Source: Nitrospirales bacterium
GTDB lineage: Bacteria; Nitrospirota; Nitrospiria; Nitrospirales; UBA8639
Reading direction: 5' to 3'
Length of the DNA: 64,000 nt
Assembly (NCBI GenBank): GCA_963555755.3
Contig: OY820905.2
Location: 3,936,001 to 4,000,000 of the forward strand
Position numbers and translations under genes: made by a program
Part shown: positions 57,763 to 64,000 of the stretch, piece after piece
Layout of the letters: every line of letters begins with the position of its first letter
Position numbering within the stretch: position 1 is the stretch's first letter
Notes under the pieces: generated by a model
Told to the model about the DNA's origin: nothing
The model's database searches: none
What the model saw: only the letters and a program-made list of their open reading frames with translations

Positions 57763-59667
57763 ATGTCTTTCCTAAATAAGATCGAAAGCCCTGCTGATCT
57801 TAAAAAACTGACTCCTGAAGAATTGCCGCAGCTTTGCGAAGAAATTCGCCAGCAGATCATTCCGGTGATTGCCAATGTCGGAGGGCATCTCGCGTCCAAT
57901 CTTGGCGTGGTTGAGTTGACGGTGGCCCTGCATTATTTGCTGAATACGCCCGAGGATCTCATTGTCTGGGATACCAGCAATCAAACCTATACCCATAAAC
58001 TGTTGACCGGTCGTCGTGAACAGTTTCATACCATTCGCCAGTTCGGCGGGATGAGCGGGTTCTGTAAACGCGAAGAGAGTTCGTATGATACCTTTAACGC
58101 AGGCCATGCGGGAACTGGTGTGTCTGCTGCCGTTGGGTTTATGGAAGCTCGTGAGCAAAAAGGGCAGTCGCATAAGGTTGTGTGCGTGGTTGGGGATGGG
58201 GCGCTGACTTCGGGGTTAACGCTGGAAGGGATGCAGCAAGCGGGGGATTTGCAGAAAGATCTCGTGGTGATTCTTAATGACAATCAAATGTCGATTTCCA
58301 AAAATGTTGGAGCAATCTCCGCGTATCTCAATCGAACAATCACTGGCGAATTTTATTCCAAACTCAAAGAAGAGACCTCACAGATCTTGGGCTCCATTCC
58401 TAAAATAGGGGAGCCGGTCAAGAAACTCGCCAGCCGTGCGGAAGAGTTGGCTAAGGGCTTGGTTTTGCCAGGACTGCTTTTTGAGGAATTAGGGTTTCGC
58501 TATGTTGGTCCCCTGGAAGGCCACAATTTTGAGCACCTCTTGCCAATGTTGGAAAATGTCCTCAAGCTCAAAGGCCCAACTCTGTTGCATCTTGTGACCA
58601 AAAAAGGGCTAGGTTACGAACCGGCCATGAAGAATCCTGTGTGGTTTCATGCCTGTTCGCCATTTGATATTCAGACAGGACAGCCAGCGAAGAAGTCTTC
58701 CAAACCCTCTTATAGTTCTGTGGCAATGGGAACCTTAGTGAAACTGGCCACCGCAGATAAACGGATTGTGGCCATTACCGCGGCCATGATTGAAGGCACC
58801 GGCTTGGGCGCTTTCGAAAAAGCCTTTCCTGATCGGTTGTATGACGTAGGCATTGCCGAGCAACATGCCGTGACGTTTGCCGCTGCATTAGCAGCCCAGG
58901 GGATGCGTCCGGTCATTCCGATTTATTCCACCTTTCTCCAAAGGGCGTATGATCAAGTGGTTCATGATGTGGCCACGCAAAACCTTCCCGTGACGTTTTG
59001 TATCGATCGGGGTGGGTTGGTGGCCGAAGATGGGACCACACATCATGGTGCATTTGATTTTGCGTATCTTCGCCATGTGCCCAACATGACGATTATGGCG
59101 CCAAAGGATGAAAATGAATTGCAGCATATGATAAAAACGTGTTTGACGACCAACGGGCCGACCGCGGTTCGTTACTCCCGAGGGTCGGTGGTAGGGGTGC
59201 CCATGGACCCTGAGCCTGAACCCTTGCCACTGGGAAAAGGCGAATTGTTGGAATCGGGTCATGATATTGCCCTTGTGGCAATTGGGATCACCGTCCATAA
59301 AGCCGTTGAGGCCGCAGAACGATTAGAACAGGAAGGTATTTCCGCAGCGGTCATTAATGCTCGGTTTGTGAAACCGTTGGATGGCGAGCTCATCCGGGAG
59401 GTTTCCCAGCAGGTCAAATGTTTGTTAACGATTGAAGAGTCTTCACGAATGGGTGGATTCGGCTCAGCAGTTCTGGAGTTTCTCTCAGATGAAGGGATAA
59501 TCAATTTGCCAACCAAATGTCTTGGTCTGCCGGATTGGTTTATTGAGCAGGGACCACAGGATTTACTCCGGGAAAAATACGGGTTAACCGCTGATGGTAT
59601 TTACCAACAAGCCAAACAATTGCTCGCCAAGGTCTCGACCCAACCCGTACTGACCTCACTGTTTTAA
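57763..59667 (+). CDS. dxs: 1-deoxy-D-xylulose-5-phosphate synthase
   Basis: GGHLASNLGVVELT, GDGA, NDN.MSI, DVGIAEQHAVT and DG.THHG motifs. Confidence 0.97.
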   Translation: MSFLNKIESPADLKKLTPEELPQLCEEIRQQIIPVIANVGGHLASNLGVVELTVALHYLLNTPEDLIVWDTSNQTYTHKLLTGRREQFHTIRQFGGMSGFCKREESSYDTFNAGHAGTGVSAAVGFMEAREQKGQSHKVVCVVGDGALTSGLTLEGMQQAGDLQKDLVVILNDNQMSISKNVGAISAYLNRTITGEFYSKLKEETSQILGSIPKIGEPVKKLASRAEELAKGLVLPGLLFEELGFRYVGPLEGHNFEHLLPMLENVLKLKGPTLLHLVTKKGLGYEPAMKNPVWFHACSPFDIQTGQPAKKSSKPSYSSVAMGTLVKLATADKRIVAITAAMIEGTGLGAFEKAFPDRLYDVGIAEQHAVTFAAALAAQGMRPVIPIYSTFLQRAYDQVVHDVATQNLPVTFCIDRGGLVAEDGTTHHGAFDFAYLRHVPNMTIMAPKDENELQHMIKTCLTTNGPTAVRYSRGSVVGVPMDPEPEPLPLGKGELLESGHDIALVAIGITVHKAVEAAERLEQEGISAAVINARFVKPLDGELIREVSQQVKCLLTIEESSRMGGFGSAVLEFLSDEGIINLPTKCLGLPDWFIEQGPQDLLREKYGLTADGIYQQAKQLLAKVSTQPVLTSLF

Positions 59668-59680
59668 CGCGGCGTTCTAC

Positions 59681-60844
59681 ATGCACATCACACGACGTCA
59701 GACTAAGTCCATCCAAGTCGGTTCTGTCAAAATTGGTGGTGGGGCCCCCGTCTCGATTCAATCCATGACGATCCCTCACCCCCGCGATGTGAAAGCGACA
59801 GTGGAGCAGATACACCAGCTCGAACAAGCTGGTTGCGAATTGGTTCGAGTGGCGGTTCCTGATGAGGAGGCTGCCAATGCCTTGTCCTCGATTAAATCAC
59901 AAATCTCCATTCCGCTCATTGCCGATATTCACTTTGACCATCGCCTGGCTCTCACTGCTGCGAAAGTCGTAGATTGCGTAAGAATCAATCCTGGGAATAT
60001 CGGACCCTGGTGGAAGATGGCCGAAGTGCTACAAGCAGTGACCGACAATGGAATTCCTCTTCGCGTGGGCGTCAATGGTGGATCTCTTGAACGTCCACTC
60101 CTCGAAAAATATGGCTACCCAACTGCCGAAGCCCTAGCCGAGTCGGCCCTCAATGCCGTCCATGCGATTGAGGATGCCGGGTTCACGAATATGAAAGTCT
60201 CGCTAAAGGCCTCTGACGTGCATATGGCCGTCGATGCGTATTGGCTGTTTTCTCATCAGTCGGATTACCCTCTCCATATCGGGATAACAGAGGCTGGGAC
60301 CGCCACGACTGGAGCCGTCAAATCCTCCGTTGGTCTGGGGTGGCTGCTTTCTCAAGGAATAGGAGATACGTTGAGAGTGTCGCTGGCTGCCGATCCGGTG
60401 GAAGAAGTGAAAGTGGGTTTTGAAATTCTTAAATCGCTGGAATTACGGCATCGCGGGGTGAACGTCATTGCCTGTCCAACGTGCGGGCGAGTGGAAATTG
60501 ATGTGGTACGAATGGCCAATGAGTTAGAGCAACGATTGGGGCATATCACCAAGCCGCTCAATGTTTCTGTTTTAGGATGTGTGGTCAATGGCATAGGGGA
60601 AGGCAAGGAAGCTGATATAGGGATTGCCGGTGGACAAGGGATGGGCATTTTGTTCAAAAAGGGAAAGCTTGTCAAAAAGGTTCCCTCTGAAGAGCTTGTA
60701 GATTTGTTGGTAGAAGAAGTTGAACGCATGGCCTTGGAAACAGATGAGGAAACGTCGGCCTCTCTCGCCTCTTTGCCTGATTTTGATGAGGCCATGTCCC
60801 CCTCCCTGCCTGGCCGAGAGCTTCCTGTTTTACCCAAAGGATAG
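59681..60844 (+). CDS. ispG: (E)-4-hydroxy-3-methylbut-2-enyl-diphosphate synthase
   Basis: ADIHF, RINPGNIG, GIGDTLRVSL, CPTCGR and GCVVNG.GE motifs. Confidence 0.97.
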   Translation: MHITRRQTKSIQVGSVKIGGGAPVSIQSMTIPHPRDVKATVEQIHQLEQAGCELVRVAVPDEEAANALSSIKSQISIPLIADIHFDHRLALTAAKVVDCVRINPGNIGPWWKMAEVLQAVTDNGIPLRVGVNGGSLERPLLEKYGYPTAEALAESALNAVHAIEDAGFTNMKVSLKASDVHMAVDAYWLFSHQSDYPLHIGITEAGTATTGAVKSSVGLGWLLSQGIGDTLRVSLAADPVEEVKVGFEILKSLELRHRGVNVIACPTCGRVEIDVVRMANELEQRLGHITKPLNVSVLGCVVNGIGEGKEADIGIAGGQGMGILFKKGKLVKKVPSEELVDLLVEEVERMALETDEETSASLASLPDFDEAMSPSLPGRELPVLPKG

Positions 60845-60891
60845 CGATAGTACGGACATGAGTCGAGGGTGTTCGTCCTTCATTAGCATCC

Positions 60892-60920
60892 TTGTCAGGG
60901 CCTAGGGGCGGCGTTATAAT
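60892..60920 (+). promoter_or_regulatory. sigma70 promoter of tRNA-Cys
   Basis: TTGTCA-17 nt-TATAAT, 9 nt before the tRNA. Confidence 0.75.
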
Positions 60921-60929
60921 GCCGACTAT

Positions 60930-61005
60930 GGCGCCGTACCCAAGTGGCTAAGGGAGCAGTCTGCAAAACTGCGATTCAGCGGTTCGACCCCGCTCGGCGC
61001 CTCCA
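60930..61005 (+). tRNA. tRNA-Cys(GCA)
   Basis: Acceptor stem GGCGCCG/CGGCGCC, anticodon arm gcagt-ctGCAaa-actgc, GGTTCGA T-loop, U discriminator, encoded CCA. Confidence 0.95.
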
Positions 61006-61177
61006 AATGCCTTTGTTTTTGGTAAGGTTAGGGGTGTGGGGTTCGGATTCTCATTCTGGAGATATTCGAATTTCTTCATTACTTGTTGGGAAAGGGTGAG
61101 TGTTTGGACTCCATGGTCCTTTGCCCCCTTTCTTATTAGAATTTTCATCAGCCCGATACATTCCTAAGGAGAGTCAA

Positions 61178-62193
61178 ATGGCTGTTCCGGTATCTCAAAT
61201 GTGGACGGTTTCCAGTTACGTCATCGCTCAAAAGCTCAAGAGAGTGAAACGATACCCGTTGGTGTTGATGCTGGAGCCGATATTTCGCTGCAATTTGGCT
61301 TGTGCCGGGTGTGGCAAAATCCAATACCCCGATCATGTATTGGATCGACGGCTTTCGCCAGAACAATGTTGGGCAGCGGCAGATGAATGTGGTGCTCCGA
61401 TTGTCAGTATCCCTGGGGGGGAGCCCCTTATTCATCCCGAGATGTCGGAGATTGTGCGTGGATTGGTTGAACGAAAAAAATATGTCTATCTGTGCACGAA
61501 TGCCATTCTGCTGGAGCGAAAAATTGATGAATATCAGCTTCCAAGTATCTGACGTTCAGTATCCATATGGATGGACTTCGGGATGAACATGATCTCGCAG
61601 TGTGTCGGGATGGGGTGTATGAGGTCGCGGTGAAAGCCATCAAGACAGCTCTCAAGAAAGGATTTCGTGTGACCACCAACACGACCCTGTTTGATGATGC
61701 GAACCCTCAACGAGTGCGTGCCTTTTTTGATGAAATGATGGATCTTGGCGTTGAAGGAATGATGATATCCCCTGGCTATAGTTACGATAAAGCGCCTGAT
61801 CAACATAGCTTTCTGAAGCGTGACCGAACGCACGATTTATTTTCAAAGCTTCTCGCCAATCGAAAACGGGGCTGGCAGTTTAATCAATCCCCCCTGTTCT
61901 TGGAATTTTTAATGGGGAAGCGAGACTATCAGTGTACGCCATGGGGTAATCCCACTTACAATGTGTTTGGATGGCAAAAGCCGTGTTATTTATTACAAGA
62001 CGGATATGTGTCAGATTTTGCGACCTTGCTTAACGAGACGGACTGGGATAGCTACGGGACTGGACGCAATGAAAAGTGCAAGGATTGCATGGTCCATTGC
62101 GGGTACGAGGCTACTGCGGTTGAAGATACATTTAGTTCCTGGTCCGGGTTCGCTGGAACGGTGAAAGCCACTCTCTTCCCCAACGCGACGTAG
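61178..62193 (+). pseudogene. hpnH: Adenosyl-hopene transferase HpnH (radical SAM), split by a 1-nt deletion near 61538
   Basis: [16 protein letters not shown], then in the next frame [12 protein letters not shown]...CTPWG.PT..C..CMVHCGYE. Confidence 0.85.
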
Positions 62194-62237
62194 GTCACCT
62201 GCTCTTTCACCATTTTGTGTTTCTGATTTTTCCCATC

Positions 62238-62582
62238 ATGTCTCAGAACCAGCCTTCCCAAAACCAGGAAGACAATCTGCAAGGATCGGTATTTCGGCCA
62301 GCTTCCGCCGAAGAGCTGTCTATGGCGGTGGATCAAGCCTTCGATTATCGAGGAGACGTGACCATTGAACTCAAATCCGGGGACTCCATTGTCGGGTATG
62401 TGTTTGGTCGGACGAACAATGATACTCGTGCCGATCTAGAGCTCTTTCCCACTGACAAACCTGGCCAAATGACTATTCAATTTGCCGATATCGCGGCCAT
62501 TAGTTTTTCCGGGAAAGACACGGCTTTTGGGCAGTCTTGGGAATCCTGGATTCAAAAGAAAAAAGAAGAGGGAAAGAAATAG
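62238..62582 (+). CDS. Conserved hypothetical protein
   Basis: AFDYRGDVTI.LK.G....GY.F and FSGKDTA.G.SWE.W motifs. Confidence 0.72.
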   Translation: MSQNQPSQNQEDNLQGSVFRPASAEELSMAVDQAFDYRGDVTIELKSGDSIVGYVFGRTNNDTRADLELFPTDKPGQMTIQFADIAAISFSGKDTAFGQSWESWIQKKKEEGKK

Positions 62583-62665
62583 CGCGTTCGGTACTGGGTT
62601 TGTTTCGTTGGTTTTGTTCGTATTGTTCTGTTCCACGGTTCCCTTGACCTCCTTCCTGCTTCACC

Positions 62666-62882
62666 CTAACAACACCAGTTGGATCACAAAAGTCCGCGCA
62701 AATTCTTGGCGCCCCCGGCGCAAGGGAAAATTGTCTCGTCACCACCAGGGATTACTTCCCCCCACCCTTGTCATTTCTCCCAAGGGTCGAAATGACAGAC
62801 CTGAGGTGACCACGACTTTCTGTATTGCACCATTCACCCCAGTATCTTACACGCCTGTTTTGCGCTCACCTTCCTTTTCTAG
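62666..62882. mobile_element. Degenerate MITE R2 with an inserted hairpin (62769-62797)
   Basis: cagttggatcacaaaagtccgcgcaa...gaggtgaccacgact...ctaggtt. Confidence 0.7.
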
Positions 62883-62927
62883 GTTCACCAATCACCACGC
62901 TGGGTTTTTACTTCAAGAATTTATATT

Positions 62928-63193
62928 GCGGGGTGTCGTCCCCGCGCGACGAGCCCCTTTTGTTTCGGCAAAAGTGTACAAAACCATGTTCACTTGTGTG
63001 CGGCCCTTCGGGTGTCTCTGCCTCCGCCCCGAATCTTTCGACTCCGCTCATGACAGGTCAGATGGCCGCGCAACTCGCGGAGTCTATCCTGAGCCCTTCG
63101 ACAAGCTCAGGCCAGGCCTTGTCGAAGGGCTCAAACAGTGCTCGCCAAAGAAGCCGATTCGGGGCTGCGGCTCCGCCGCACTCAACGCGGTGA
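62928..63193. repeat. Structured repeat R8 with inserted CCCTTCGACAAGCTCAGG-type hairpins
   Basis: Aligns with 35045-35265. Confidence 0.72.
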
Positions 63194-63210
63194 AGGGAAA
63201 AGGACGGGAC

Positions 63211-64000
63211 CAGGGCTATTTCATATTAAAGTGTAACTTTATAGATAATAAGGAATAATCGATTTAGGCTGGCTTTTTCTTTTCGTTTACGGCATACTCT
63301 TTTGCATGCCAGACGAATCGCCAAGCGGACAGCCGGACATTGATCTGAGGCAAGTCGTGGTTCGCCCAATTGTCCGAGACGAAAAGGACGCCTTCAAGAC
63401 CCTTCTCGACAGACACCACTACCTCGGTCATGCCCCGCTGATTGGCCAATCGATACAATATCTCGCCTGTGTGCAGGATCGCTGGCTGGCCTTGCTGGTG
63501 TTTGCGGCGGCGGCCCTCAAATCGAGACCGCGAGACCACTGGATCGGCTGGCCCCCCTGTTTTCAATGGCAACGACTCCATTTACTGGCCAACAACACCC
63601 GGTTTCTCATGCTGCCGGGCTGTTCGCAAAAGAACCTCGCCTCGAAAGTCCTGTCGCTCTGCGCGAAACGGATCTCGGCCGATTGGCAACTGTACCACGG
63701 CTACCCCTTGCTCCTCTTAGAGACCTTCGTCGATCCTGCCCGCTTCACCGGGACCTGCTATCGGGCCGCCGGGTGGCACGAGCTCGGTCTGACACGAGGG
63801 TTTCGCAAGTCGAACACGTGTTATGTTCAGCATGAGAGACCGAAGCGCATCCTAGTCGTGCGGCTGCATCCCCAAGCCCGAGAGATCCTTGCACGCCCGA
63901 TGCTTGATCAGCCCTATCAGAAAGGAGAAGCGCCTCAGATGAGATTGAATACAAAACAGACGGACTCCCTCTTTACGTATGTGGTGCAGCTGACCGATCC
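63211..64000 (+). mobile_element. Second copy of the DUF4338-ISAs1 element (cut by window end)
   Basis: Matches 12788 onward; the only difference I noticed is ctcgtccgat versus ctcggccgat. Confidence 0.93.
63306..64000 (+). CDS. DUF4338-ISAs1 transposase fusion, 3'-truncated by window
   Basis: Same ATG and frame as 12883. Confidence 0.88.
   Translation, partial: MPDESPSGQPDIDLRQVVVRPIVRDEKDAFKTLLDRHHYLGHAPLIGQSIQYLACVQDRWLALLVFAAAALKSRPRDHWIGWPPCFQWQRLHLLANNTRFLMLPGCSQKNLASKVLSLCAKRISADWQLYHGYPLLLLETFVDPARFTGTCYRAAGWHELGLTRGFRKSNTCYVQHERPKRILVVRLHPQAREILARPMLDQPYQKGEAPQMRLNTKQTDSLFTYVVQLTD

Noticed and set aside
60930..61100. tRNA-Cys as an island integration site
   Set aside because: No duplicated tRNA 3' end or integrase was seen; the flanks are isoprenoid/hopanoid genes

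Overview
Bacterial chromosome segment of about 50% GC. Gene content and order suggest a Nitrospirales-like organism, and the Na+-coupled transporters suggest a saline habitat; both are inferences. Housekeeping blocks: lnt-prfB-lysS-lolE-lolD, serC-serA-hisZ-dnaB, uppP, thyX, and a hopanoid/MEP cluster (shc-hpnG-decayed mlaEFD-mlaC/hpnM-dxs-ispG-tRNA-Cys-hpnH with a frameshift). Accessory content: (1) two copies of a 1.9-kb ISAs1-family element whose transposase is fused to an N-terminal DUF4338 (DruA-like) domain and split at an A_AAA_AAG slippery site; (2) an IS1634 element carrying a divergent Cys/His-rich (DUF6788-like) gene with a perfect palindrome between the two start codons; (3) an integrase-less integron cassette array; (4) a DUF559 nuclease gene embedded in alternating REP-like palindromes that are also dispersed through the window; (5) a RAYT-type transposase relic with its REPs; (6) two TA modules and a nucleotidyltransferase pair; (7) a very dense set of MITE/REP families with readable TIRs and TSDs, including nested insertions at one shared hot-spot. 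Family names come from motif recognition only; no database search was run. Repeat family labels R1-R8 are my own.
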